From an uncultured Thermococci archaeon (GTDB lineage Archaea; Methanobacteriota_B; Thermococci; Thermococcales; Thermococcaceae), in assembly GCA_964487115.1 (NCBI GenBank), contig CAZAPD010000016.1, positions 1 to 51,668 on the forward strand: DNA of 51,668 nt. Reading direction: 5' to 3'. A program made the position numbers and the translations under genes. How positions within the stretch are numbered: position 1 is the stretch's first letter; every line of letters starts with the position of its first letter. This document shows, piece by piece, positions 30,334 through 39,219 of this stretch. Under the pieces are notes generated by a model that saw only the letters and a list, made by a program, of their open reading frames with translations, was not told the DNA's origin and searched no databases.

Positions 30334-31998
30334 AGCATTTAGAATTTTTATAGCTTCTTCCAGTTTTTCTTTATTTATTTTGCCGTATTCTTCCTGAAGT
30401 GCTATAAAGGACTCTTCTTCAGGTAGGATTTCTCCAAGCATTATTAGCTCATGGACAAGTATCAGGAAGTCCCTGTCCTTTGCAATCTTTTTGAACTTTT
30501 TATATGCCTCCTCATCAAGTTCCCTGATAAAGTGAAGTGATATAATCCCCCGCTTCCTCCATTCCAGCCATGGATTGGCTCTAAAACTATATCCCAACTC
30601 AATTCCGAGGAACTCTGAATCCCTTGCAAGTCCCATCATCACGAGCTTTTCTGTAGTTTCTGTTTCTCTTTCAATGCTAACTTCTCCAAGATATTTCATG
30701 GCGTAGCCTCTGGCAAAACGCTGGAGCTCCTTTTTTTCTGCTTTTGCCAAAGCTAAGGCAGTTGCTAAAACAGCTTTTCCGATTATCTCCAGACTTACTT
30801 TGCTTATTTTTTCTATGCTATCCTCGCTTGAATGGTAGAATCTGTCGGGCCATGTTATGGGCATTACAGCGGGGATTCCAAAGAAGTTGAAGATATCGTG
30901 ATCACTCCCCATTAGGTATGGATAGCTCTTAACCTTGAGTAGCGGAAGAGGTTCCATACCGAAGCCTTTTTCTCTGGAATTAGCTTCTTTGATGTAATAT
31001 TCAATGAGCCCCGAAACAGTTGAGAAGTGTGATAGGGGAGTTCTGACAATCATAATGGTTGAACCTCCTCTATCCTCACTCCCTCCAACCATATCAAGGT
31101 TTATCACAGTGTAGTATTTGCTCAGATCTGCATACTTCTCTATGAAGGCCTGCGTTCCGAAATGCTCTGGAATCCAGAGGAACGCAAAACCAAAGCGGAA
31201 AGACTCATCGTAAAGCCGGTTCAGGATTTTTGCGAGTTCTATGAGCATTGCACTGCCTGAAGCGTTATCATTTGCCCCGGGTTTAGGATGGCAGAGATGG
31301 GCGCTGAATAGAATGAAAGGAGGCTTTCCAACTTCTGCGTAGAGAATCGGCAAAATTTGCCTGTCTCTGATCTCTGCTTCAACCTTTATCTTGGCTTTAA
31401 CACTTTCCCCATCTCTCAGCTTCCTTATTACCTTTTTAGCTGTCTCTTCGCTTATTGTAACCGCGGGAATTTTAGCCCATCTTAAGTCCCTCTTTGTCAG
31501 GAAAAGACCGATGTATGGAAGAGCTTTTCCAGTTCCTTCTCTGAATGCTATAAAGCCTACAGCACCACTTTTGTTTGCTTTCTCGTATGCCTCTTTCCAT
31601 TCTCTGTCAACCAAGGCGATTTTTCCATCAACTCTCTCCCAATCCTTCTCTGAGCCCACGTATATAATCTCAGCCTCTGCTTCTCCCCTTGGAGAATGCG
31701 CCATTACGAGAAGGGGACTCACGGCAGTAGTTGTCTTTTTGCCCTCTATCTCAACCTCACCGTGAATTAAGTCCCATGCTATCGGGGATTTCAACGTGAT
31801 GTAATACCTCTCCCCGTCATAAACTTCCTCCAGAACCTCCGCGTTTATTCCCCATATTCTGAGTTCCTCTTTTATGTACTCAGCTGCTTCGGGAAGTTCT
31901 TTTGAGCCCTGAATCCTGTGGAACTTAGAAATTTCTCCTATGTATCCAAGAACATCCTGAGAACTAAAAGCCTCAGCTTCCTTCAGAAAGCGCTTCAT
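30310..31998 (-). CDS. M28-family aminopeptidase-like protein with PA domain (DUF4910-like)
   Basis: SAHLCH, GANDNASG, PE, NLDMVG, GSDH and YHSSED motifs. Confidence 0.85.
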   Translation of the reverse strand: MKRFLKEAEAFSSQDVLGYIGEISKFHRIQGSKELPEAAEYIKEELRIWGINAEVLEEVYDGERYYITLKSPIAWDLIHGEVEIEGKKTTTAVSPLLVMAHSPRGEAEAEIIYVGSEKDWERVDGKIALVDREWKEAYEKANKSGAVGFIAFREGTGKALPYIGLFLTKRDLRWAKIPAVTISEETAKKVIRKLRDGESVKAKIKVEAEIRDRQILPILYAEVGKPPFILFSAHLCHPKPGANDNASGSAMLIELAKILNRLYDESFRFGFAFLWIPEHFGTQAFIEKYADLSKYYTVINLDMVGGSEDRGGSTIMIVRTPLSHFSTVSGLIEYYIKEANSREKGFGMEPLPLLKVKSYPYLMGSDHDIFNFFGIPAVMPITWPDRFYHSSEDSIEKISKVSLEIIGKAVLATALALAKAEKKELQRFARGYAMKYLGEVSIERETETTEKLVMMGLARDSEFLGIELGYSFRANPWLEWRKRGIISLHFIRELDEEAYKKFKKIAKDRDFLILVHELIMLGEILPEEESFIALQEEYGKINKEKLEEAIKILNALGIISIL

Positions 31999-32095
31999 AA
32001 CATCACCGTTAAGAGTAGGAAGAGAAGAATTTAAGCTTAGTCCCTAATGCATGATCCTACGCTAATGAGATTTGGCATAGATGACAAATTTAAGC

Positions 32096-33151
32096 TCAGC
32101 CCCAAGTTACGTGTCTGTTAACAAGGAAGCGCACGACGAATGAGAATCCTATACCAATCAGGTTTGCCACCAGGTAATACACTTCCAGATGCACGAGTAG
32201 GATATAGATAACCCACTGAACCAGAGCACCCGTTAGGGCTGCAACATGGAAGTTCAGGAGACGTTTGTATAGCGGTTTAGTTTTAAGGTCTCTGAACGTC
32301 CATATGTCATTCCAAGTGAAGTTGTTGAGTATGGCGAGTTCGGTGGCCGGTATATTGGCGCTTATCTTATTCATCCCGAGATTAACAAAGAGCCAGAGAA
32401 AAGCTTCATTGACTATAATGCCTGAGAATCCTACTACCATGAATTTGACGAGTCTGTCAAGTTCTCCCTCCCATCTCATAAGCCTGTAAACGTGTTTCAG
32501 ATAATTGAACATTGTTTTTTTGCCCAGCTTACTTTCGCCTGCATGTCTGAGGCCGAATGTGAAGGGGATCTCCTTAACCTTTTGGTATTTCCCTTTCACA
32601 AGAATTTCCATGAGAATTTTAAATCCAATCGGATTGAGAGATATATTTTCGATAACCTCTCTCCTGAGGGCAAAAAAGCCACTCACAGGATCTTTTATAC
32701 CCCTAATTTTCGGCAGTGCGACGCGACCGATCATAATGGCTCCTCTGGAGATAAGCTTTCTGTACCAGTACCAGTTCTTGACTTTTCCGCCTTTAACGTA
32801 GCGGGAGGCTATAGCTATGTGTGCTCCGCTCTCAATAGCCTCTAAAAGCTTAGGAATGATCTCCGGTGGATGCTGCAGGTCGGCATCCATAACGACAAAA
32901 ACATCTCCTCTGGCTTCTTTGAAACCCCTTATAACCGCTGAGGAAAGCCCTTTTTCCTCAATTCTCCTGATGACTTTGATGGGATATTCCTCGCTTAACT
33001 CCAAGGCTTTTTCCCATGTCCGGTCAGGAGAATTGTCATCGATGATTATAATTTCAAAGTCATAATCCTTTAGTGCTCTTCTAATTCTATCAAAAAGCTC
33101 TTCTAAATTCTCCCGTTCATTGTATGTTGGTATTATGATTGATACCCTCAT
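32096..33151 (-). CDS. Dolichol-phosphate mannose synthase-type GT2 with GtrA domain
   Basis: IIPTYNE, DDNSPD, MDADLQH and DPVSGF motifs; C-terminal four-TM GtrA domain. Confidence 0.9.
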   Translation of the reverse strand: MRVSIIIPTYNERENLEELFDRIRRALKDYDFEIIIIDDNSPDRTWEKALELSEEYPIKVIRRIEEKGLSSAVIRGFKEARGDVFVVMDADLQHPPEIIPKLLEAIESGAHIAIASRYVKGGKVKNWYWYRKLISRGAIMIGRVALPKIRGIKDPVSGFFALRREVIENISLNPIGFKILMEILVKGKYQKVKEIPFTFGLRHAGESKLGKKTMFNYLKHVYRLMRWEGELDRLVKFMVVGFSGIIVNEAFLWLFVNLGMNKISANIPATELAILNNFTWNDIWTFRDLKTKPLYKRLLNFHVAALTGALVQWVIYILLVHLEVYYLVANLIGIGFSFVVRFLVNRHVTWG

Positions 33152-33222
33152 GATTCCATGCCTCCAATTGATTTAAAATTCCCCGTAATCTTTATAAGCC
33201 TTACAAATGCCTTTAACACCGG

Positions 33223-33300
33223 GGGGCCGTGGGGTAGCTTGGCCTATCCTTCCGGCTTCGGGAGCCGGGGACCCGAGTTCGAATCTCGGCGGCCCCACCA
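33223..33300 (+). tRNA. tRNA-Pro (anticodon CGG)
   Basis: GGGGCCGTGGGGTAGCTTGG...CCGGCTTCGGGAGCCGG...GAGTTCGAATCTCGGCGGCCCCACCA cloverleaf; TATA TTTATAAG at 33191. Confidence 0.97.
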
Positions 33301-33474
33301 TTAGTGGATGAAGGATAGTATTCTCCAAGTGTATCCCTGCTACGAGCGGAAAGACATCTACAATTCCAAAGATCGGCAAAAACAGGAGCATTGAAAATGC
33401 AGGAAGTAATATGCCATATTCCCTTCCAAGTCCCCGGATAAACCAGCATAATGAGGGAAAACTACTTAAATATT

Positions 33475-33488
33475 TTTGGCTAACCTAA
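33475..33488. promoter_or_regulatory. DtxR-type operator TTTGG-CTAA-CCTAA between the TATA box and dtxR start
   Basis: Reverse complement TTAGGTTAGCCAAA resembles the DtxR/IdeR box; position fits autorepression. Confidence 0.65.
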
Positions 33489-33492
33489 CTCG

Positions 33493-33954
33493 GTGAGCAC
33501 CTTGGAGATAACAAAGAGGGAGGAGGAATATCTCGAAACGATGTATATGCTACACAAGAATAGGGGAATTATCAGGGTGAAAGACATTGCCAAGCTGATG
33601 AAGGTCAAGCCCCCAAGTGTAGTAGATGCACTTAAAAAGCTTAATGAAAAGGGACTCGTTCATTATGAGAAATATGACAGAATTCTCCTAACTGAGAAGG
33701 GAAAGAAGATTGCAGAGACAACATACTCCAAGCATATTCTCCTGACTGAGTTCTTCATTGAAATACTCGGAATTCCGCCCGAAATTGCGGAGCAGGACGC
33801 CTGTCAGTTTGAACATTATGTCCATGAAATAACTGCTGAGAGGATAAAGGAGTTTGCCAGGTTCATTCAGGAGCAATGCCCATACGTTCTGAAGCAGTTC
33901 CTTAAAGAAAAACTTTCAGAGGAAAAAAGAGGAAAAAGGAAAACCAAATGCTAA
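33493..33954 (+). CDS. dtxR: DtxR/MntR-family metal-dependent transcriptional regulator
   Basis: EEYLETMY, VKPPSV, H...EF and ACQFEHY metal-site motifs. Confidence 0.92.
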   Translation: MSTLEITKREEEYLETMYMLHKNRGIIRVKDIAKLMKVKPPSVVDALKKLNEKGLVHYEKYDRILLTEKGKKIAETTYSKHILLTEFFIEILGIPPEIAEQDACQFEHYVHEITAERIKEFARFIQEQCPYVLKQFLKEKLSEEKRGKRKTKC

Positions 33955-33968
33955 TGAGGATGAGCTAT

Positions 33969-35303
33969 TTAAATTACTCCTCCAAGGTAAGCAAAGTATG
34001 CTACAAACACTAATGCAAGAATATACATGAGTGGATGTATTTCTTCCCAGCGACCACTGGCGGCTTTGATTATCGTATAGCTTATGAACCCCATGCCTAT
34101 TCCATCAGCAATTGAATATGTGTAGGGTATCGTTATTAGAACGAGGAATGCTGGGATTGCTTCAGTGGCATCGGTAAAATCTACTTCTCTGATGGCACTT
34201 ATCATGTAGTAACCGACTATGACAAGTGCTGGAGCTGTTGCAAATGAGGGGATAGCTCCTGCGAGAGGGGCAATGAAGAGACCTATAGCAAGGAAAAGGA
34301 GCCCTGTGACCAAAGCGGTCATTCCTGTTCTTCCACCCTCTTCAATTCCGGCGGCACTCTCGATGTATGTTGTTACCGTTGATGTTCCGAGAACAGCGCC
34401 GAAGGTTGTTCCGATGGCATCTGTGAGAAGTATTTTCTCTGCATCCGGAATTTTACCTTCTTTTGTCAGGAAACCTGCTTTTGCACTGAGACCTGTCACA
34501 GTTCCAAGGGTGTCAAAGAAATCGACCATGAAGAAAGCAAAGACAACCCCAACAGCTCCGACATTAAGGAGTCCTCTAAGATCCATCTTCATGAATGTGT
34601 AACTTATATTCGGGGTGGAGAAGAGCTGGCTCGGCCATGGAGCTGCACCCGTGATCCATCCGAGAATGCTCGTTGTTAGAATCGAAATTAGAAGGGCTCC
34701 TTTAATCCCTCTTGAGATGAGAGCTGCGGCAAATAAAAGTCCGAAGAAAAAGAGAATTGCTTGCTTTGTAGCAAGTACGGGGGCATTCAGGCCTGTAAAC
34801 TGTAACACCCCCTTCTGAACAACAGCTGAGAGCAATCCAACATCATTGAGTCCAATGAAGGTTAAGAACAGTCCAATTCCTGCTCCGACAGCATATTTTT
34901 GGCTCAAAGGAATGGCATGAATGATAGCACTTCTTACCCGTGTGATGCTCAGTATGATGAAGATTATACCTTCAACAAAAACTGCGGCTAAGGCCACTCT
35001 CCAATTATATCCCATTCCGAGGACAACGCTGTAGGTGAAGTATGCATTGAGTCCCATTCCGGGGGCTAAAGCGAAGGGTTTTTTAGCATAGAGGCCCATT
35101 ATTATAGTCGTTATTCCCGCAGCAAGTGCTGTAACGGCAACGAGGGAGTCAAAGGCCTCTTTCCCCATAGCATTGCTTAGAATTGCCGGGTTAACAAAGA
35201 GAATGTATGCCATTGTCATAAATGTTGTAATGCCCGCTAAAATTTCTGTTTTCATATCGGTACGATACTTATCAAACTCGAAATAGCTCTCAAGCCATCC
35301 CAT
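33969..35303 (-). CDS. NCS2/AzgA-family purine permease
   Basis: TEILAGITTFMTMAYILFVNP, APGMGLNAYF, DFFDTLGT and YIESAAGIEEGGRTG motifs. Confidence 0.92.
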   Translation of the reverse strand: MGWLESYFEFDKYRTDMKTEILAGITTFMTMAYILFVNPAILSNAMGKEAFDSLVAVTALAAGITTIIMGLYAKKPFALAPGMGLNAYFTYSVVLGMGYNWRVALAAVFVEGIIFIILSITRVRSAIIHAIPLSQKYAVGAGIGLFLTFIGLNDVGLLSAVVQKGVLQFTGLNAPVLATKQAILFFFGLLFAAALISRGIKGALLISILTTSILGWITGAAPWPSQLFSTPNISYTFMKMDLRGLLNVGAVGVVFAFFMVDFFDTLGTVTGLSAKAGFLTKEGKIPDAEKILLTDAIGTTFGAVLGTSTVTTYIESAAGIEEGGRTGMTALVTGLLFLAIGLFIAPLAGAIPSFATAPALVIVGYYMISAIREVDFTDATEAIPAFLVLITIPYTYSIADGIGMGFISYTIIKAASGRWEEIHPLMYILALVFVAYFAYLGGVI

Positions 35304-35392
35304 GATCGCACCTCCTGATTGATTTAAAAATGATAAAATTACAAGTTCTTTTAAAATTTTTTAAACATTTGTATGTCTAACAAAATATAGAT

Positions 35393-36394
35393 TCACAGGA
35401 GAACAAAGCTCTTAACTTCAATGCCAGTTTTCTTAGGTATTTTTTCTGGGGTAAATGGGAGTTCGTTTAGAAATCTCTCAGCTATTATAACGTGTCCTTC
35501 AACCTCAAGTCTAAGCCTTATCCTTCCGGGAAGAAGTTCGTAACCCATTATCTTAGCATCGCTCCCCTCTTTCAGGTGCACACTCTCAGGTCTAAAGAAT
35601 ATCCGTACCTTCCCAGCTTTTTCTGTTTTAAAACATAGACTGCCAAGACATGCTTTTTCTCCATCTGATTGGAGTTCCAGAATGTTGGATAAGCCTAAAA
35701 ATCTTGCAACGAATTCTGTTCTGGGGTTGTAGTAAAGTTCAAGTGGTTTCCCCACCTGTTCAATAGTTCCAACGTTCATAACCGCTATTCTATCGCTTAT
35801 GGCCATTGCTTCCTCCTGATCATGGGTGACGTAAATCGTTGTTATTCCGAGCTCACGTTGGATTCTCCTTATTTCCCCCCTCAGCCTCTCTCTGATTTTG
35901 GCGTCGAGATTGCTTAGGGGCTCATCGAGAAGGAGAAGCTCTGGTTCAATAACAAGTGCTCTTGCCAGTGCAACACGTTGTTGCTGACCTCCACTAAGCT
36001 GTTCTGGATAGCGGTTTTCAAGGCCTTTCAGTCCCACGAGTTCCAACACCTGGTTGACCCTCCTCTCAACTTCATCTTTTGGTGTTTTTCTCATCTCCAG
36101 CCCAAATGCAACGTTCTTGAAAACGGTCATGTGCGGAAATAAAGCATAATCCTGAAAAACTATTCCTATATTCCTCCTATACGGGGGGACATCATTAACG
36201 ACCTTGCCGTTGAAAATTATCTTCCCGCTCTCAGGTTTTTCAAAGCCGGCTATTATTCTCAGGGTTGTTGTCTTGCCGCATCCGCTTGGGCCAAGGAGCG
36301 TGAGGAATTCTCTGTCTTTAACTCTCAGGTATTTTATGCTGAGCTTGAAATCTTCCCACTCCTTCATTATTTCCCATAACTCAACCTCTACCAT
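35393..36394 (-). CDS. ABC transporter ATP-binding protein (PotA/ThiQ/FbpC-like)
   Basis: GPSGCGKTT, LSGGQQQRV, LLLDEP and VTHDQ motifs. Confidence 0.93.
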   Translation of the reverse strand: MVEVELWEIMKEWEDFKLSIKYLRVKDREFLTLLGPSGCGKTTTLRIIAGFEKPESGKIIFNGKVVNDVPPYRRNIGIVFQDYALFPHMTVFKNVAFGLEMRKTPKDEVERRVNQVLELVGLKGLENRYPEQLSGGQQQRVALARALVIEPELLLLDEPLSNLDAKIRERLRGEIRRIQRELGITTIYVTHDQEEAMAISDRIAVMNVGTIEQVGKPLELYYNPRTEFVARFLGLSNILELQSDGEKACLGSLCFKTEKAGKVRIFFRPESVHLKEGSDAKIMGYELLPGRIRLRLEVEGHVIIAERFLNELPFTPEKIPKKTGIEVKSFVLL

Positions 36395-38016
36395 ACCTCC
36401 TCACCTATCCTCTCGATTATCATAAAGCTGATTCCGGAGATGACCATCAGGATTACCGAAAGGGCTGAGGCAGAACCGAACTGTCTTGAACCGAGGAATC
36501 GGTACACTGCTATGGTTATTGTCGTGTATTCTGGGGAATAGAGCATGTATGTAGCTCCAAGCTCGGCTATGCTCATTGCAAATGCAAAAATTGCTCCCAC
36601 GATTATTCCGCCCAAGGCCAGAGGGAGCTCCACCTTCAGAAAAGCTTTCCACTCGTTAGCTCCCAGACTCACAGCTGCTTCACTCAGATTTGGTTTAATC
36701 TTTCTGAGAACTGCCGAGATAGCCCTGAGGACGAAGGGATATGCTATTACGGTATGGGCCAGCACTATTATGAGCCACGTCCTGTAAAGAGGAGTTGTGT
36801 GGAAGGCCTTTATATACCCCAGACCAAGAGTGACTGCTGAGGATCCGAGGGGCAGCATCACAAGGGCATCGAAGATGTTCTTTCCCCTGAAGTTCCAGCG
36901 ATGGAGAGAATACGCAACTATCAGTGCTATAGTCGTTGAGAGAAGTATAGTCCCAAAACCAAAGAGTATGGAGTTTCTGATTGCTGTGAGTGTCGTTGCG
37001 CCGAAAATCGGATTGTAGTGCGGCGAAAATACCCTGCGATACCATTCAACGCTGAAATGCCCGTTGTACATCAGAGAGTCATATATGACAGCCAGTAATG
37101 GTGAAATGACAAACATGAAGACTATTAGGGAATAAAAGCCGATTAGCAGGCCTTTTATTCCTGCAAGCTCCCTAACTGTCAATTTCTTGGTTTTTCTGAA
37201 AATCTTCTGCTCCTCAGCCTTTGAATATTCATCGAGACTTTTGATGTAGAGATACATGAAAATAAAGCTGAGGGCTATTTGGATCACGGCCAATGCAGAG
37301 CCGGTCTTAAAGTCAAGGAGAGTCATTATCAGCATGAAGATGTCGACCTCTATGGTTGCATAGTGGTATCCTCCCAGTATAAGGGGTATTGAAAAGCTCA
37401 GAAAACAAAAAACAAATGTTAGCATGGCAGAGGCAAATATCGCAGGCATAAGCATCGGTAGCGTGACCTTTCTGAAGAGCGTGAAACCTCTTGCTCCTAA
37501 ACTCATTGCCATCTCCTCATAATGGGGATTTATGCGCTGCCATAGTGCCGAGACCATCCTTATTACAATCGGAAAGTTATAGAATGCATGGGCAATGAGT
37601 ATTGCCTTCCAGCTGTAAAGAATTCCCCAGTCTCCAAAGAGCTTGGTGAAAAATCCCTCCTTTCCAAAGAGCAGGAGAAATCCCAGAGCTACCATTATGC
37701 TTGGCATCACAAAGGGCACGGTTAAAAAGGCTCTGATAATCTTCTTTCCCGGAAACTCGTATTTAGCAAAGATATAGGCTCCGGGAAGTCCGAGGAAAAG
37801 CGTCAGGAGAGTTGAGGCGAGAGCTTGTTCTATGGTGAAGATTATTATGTGTCTGTGATAGCTGTTTAACAGGATTGAGAAGATATATTTGAGTGTAAAC
37901 CCATTATCCCTGTCCCAAAAGCCTTCATGGATTATGCTGAGTATAGGGATGTAGAAGAACAGGATAAGAAACGTGAGAGGAATTAGGATTATTAGCTTTC
38001 TCCACTTCAACTTCAT
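36388..38016 (-). CDS. ABC transporter permease, fused duplicate (ThiP/FbpB-like)
   Basis: Two EAA loops (YEEMAMSLGA, LSEAAVSLGA); ~12 TM helices. Confidence 0.9.
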   Translation of the reverse strand: MKLKWRKLIILIPLTFLILFFYIPILSIIHEGFWDRDNGFTLKYIFSILLNSYHRHIIIFTIEQALASTLLTLFLGLPGAYIFAKYEFPGKKIIRAFLTVPFVMPSIMVALGFLLLFGKEGFFTKLFGDWGILYSWKAILIAHAFYNFPIVIRMVSALWQRINPHYEEMAMSLGARGFTLFRKVTLPMLMPAIFASAMLTFVFCFLSFSIPLILGGYHYATIEVDIFMLIMTLLDFKTGSALAVIQIALSFIFMYLYIKSLDEYSKAEEQKIFRKTKKLTVRELAGIKGLLIGFYSLIVFMFVISPLLAVIYDSLMYNGHFSVEWYRRVFSPHYNPIFGATTLTAIRNSILFGFGTILLSTTIALIVAYSLHRWNFRGKNIFDALVMLPLGSSAVTLGLGYIKAFHTTPLYRTWLIIVLAHTVIAYPFVLRAISAVLRKIKPNLSEAAVSLGANEWKAFLKVELPLALGGIIVGAIFAFAMSIAELGATYMLYSPEYTTITIAVYRFLGSRQFGSASALSVILMVISGISFMIIERIGEEVW

Positions 38017-38047
38017 GCTGAAAACTTGGTTTTATGTTTTTATAAGT

Positions 38048-38101
38048 CTTGACTCATCAACTTGACTCATTAATCTATCATTTGATCAGCTATTTGATCA
38101 G
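38048..38101. repeat. Two pairs of short direct repeats (CTTGACTCAT x2; ATTTGATCAG x2)
   Basis: 38048-38057/38061-38070 and 38080-38089/38092-38101, just upstream of the permease TATA box. Confidence 0.7.
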
Positions 38102-38102
38102 T

Positions 38103-38133
38103 TGGCTTCCTTCCCACCTTAAAGGGCGAGATT
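38103..38133 (-). mobile_element. Solo IS200/IS605 end-like hairpin remnant
   Basis: Minus strand AATCTCGCCCTTTAAGGTGGGAAGGAAGCCAA resembles the CTCGCCCTTTAGGGCGGGGAGGAGGTCA-type right end recalled for archaeal tnpB elements. Confidence 0.5.
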
Positions 38134-38214
38134 CGGCTCAACACCTTGCCAACGACGGGGAGAAGGTTAAGCATTAGATAGAATAGGTTTTATATCTTGA
38201 TGGTTTATTGCCTT

Positions 38215-38311
38215 ATGAAGGGGGCTGCCTGCCGAGTGAGGTCCAGGTGCGGAAAAATGATGACGGCCCGGAATTCTCGTGAGGCGGGCTTGGCGAATGC
38301 CGTTCCCCTAT
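38215..38311 (+). ncRNA. Structured ~97-nt GC-rich RNA, probably SscA family
   Basis: BRE/TATA GAATAGG-TTTTATAT at 38181-38195; closing helix AGGGGG/TTCCCCT, inner helix GCCGAGT/GCTTGGC, internal AATGATGA; size and ABC neighbourhood match my recollection of Thermococcales SscA. Confidence 0.65.
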
Positions 38312-38600
38312 CCTACTAACTTTATTCCGAGTCTTCTAACGAGCTTTTATCTCAGCCAGAGATAGTGATTTGTTGTCGTATTTTTTCTCGTACACTTCTC
38401 GTCCAAAATATGCTACGTTTTGACCTTCCTTTTGGAGGGCTCCAGCGGATTAACCCCTCGCCAGTGACAGGGAGGTTTGAGATATTCTCATCAGAACAAC
38501 CCTTGGAGGGGTTTTTCGAACCCCTCTGGCCGGGTTTTCGGCCAGTTATCTCTCCTCTGAGCGTAAAGACCGCCCAAATTCGGGGTTATCGTTTTTATCG

Positions 38601-38753
38601 CTTTTTTAAAATGTTAAAGGCGCCAACAAGGTCGGGTGTTAAAGATAAACCTCGTTGCGGGACACTTAAACAAACCACGAATGAAGCGAGCTCTATTATG
38701 AGGCTTCCCGTAAACGGAACAGGTCTGAGAAGTTTTAGGGTTACGCTTCTCTT
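38601..38753 (-). pseudogene. tnpB: TnpB remnant: N-terminal 8 codons fused to C-terminal Zn-finger/RuvC-III
   Basis: KRSVTLKL (38753-38730) joined to TSQTCSVYGKPHNRARFIRGLFKCPAT...DLVGAFNILKK; no ATG, Cys to Tyr change, additional frameshift. Confidence 0.8.
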
Positions 38754-38770
38754 CCTTTTAATTCACGCTC

Positions 38771-39150
38771 TCATTGGATTTCAGTGTAGTGTTCAACTAT
38801 CCCATCCGTCACGTGGCCGACAGTTGCCACGAAATAGGAGCGTGACCATAATTCCATCAATTCAGGGAATTCTTGGAGGAGTTTTCTGGCGGTTTTGCCC
38901 TTCAAGTGGTTGATTATTTTGGCGGGCGAGAGGTTTGGCTTTGTCCTGAGGAAAACGTGCACGTGGTCGGGCGTCACTTCGAGGGCAATAACTTCACAGC
39001 CAATTTCTCCCGCGTATTCTTTGAGCATTTGTTTAAGCCTTTCGGCGACTTCTCCGATGAGAATATCCCTCCGGTATCCAAACGAAGTGATAGGCTAAGT
39101 AGTATTTTGCGTGTCTTTGTTCTTGGAGAGTGTTGGTGTTTCTGGCTTCA
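38771..39150 (-). pseudogene. tnpA: IS200-type Y1 HuH transposase, frameshifted
   Basis: RHAKYYLAYHFVWIP, frameshift, then RDILIGEVAERLKQML...DHVHVF...LKGKTAR...LWSRSYFVATVG...YTEIQ* (HuH and catalytic Tyr present; stop where a Trp is expected). Confidence 0.88.
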
Positions 39151-39219
39151 GTGTGAATCTCTTAATGTAATTCCAGCATAAGCGAAAATGTTAAATTTAC
39201 TGGATTTTATAGCTCTTTT

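Larger units (their letters stand above)
38420..39150 (-). mobile_element. Degenerate IS200/IS605 element (tnpA-tnpB), non-autonomous
   Basis: tnpA pseudogene, collapsed tnpB and 3' hairpins ending ...GGAAGGTCAA at ~38420; left end not recognisable. Confidence 0.85.

Noticed and set aside
38365..39181. 182-aa, 102-aa and 67-aa plus-strand ORFs
   Set aside because: Antisense to the tnpA/tnpB remnants; no RBS or motifs.
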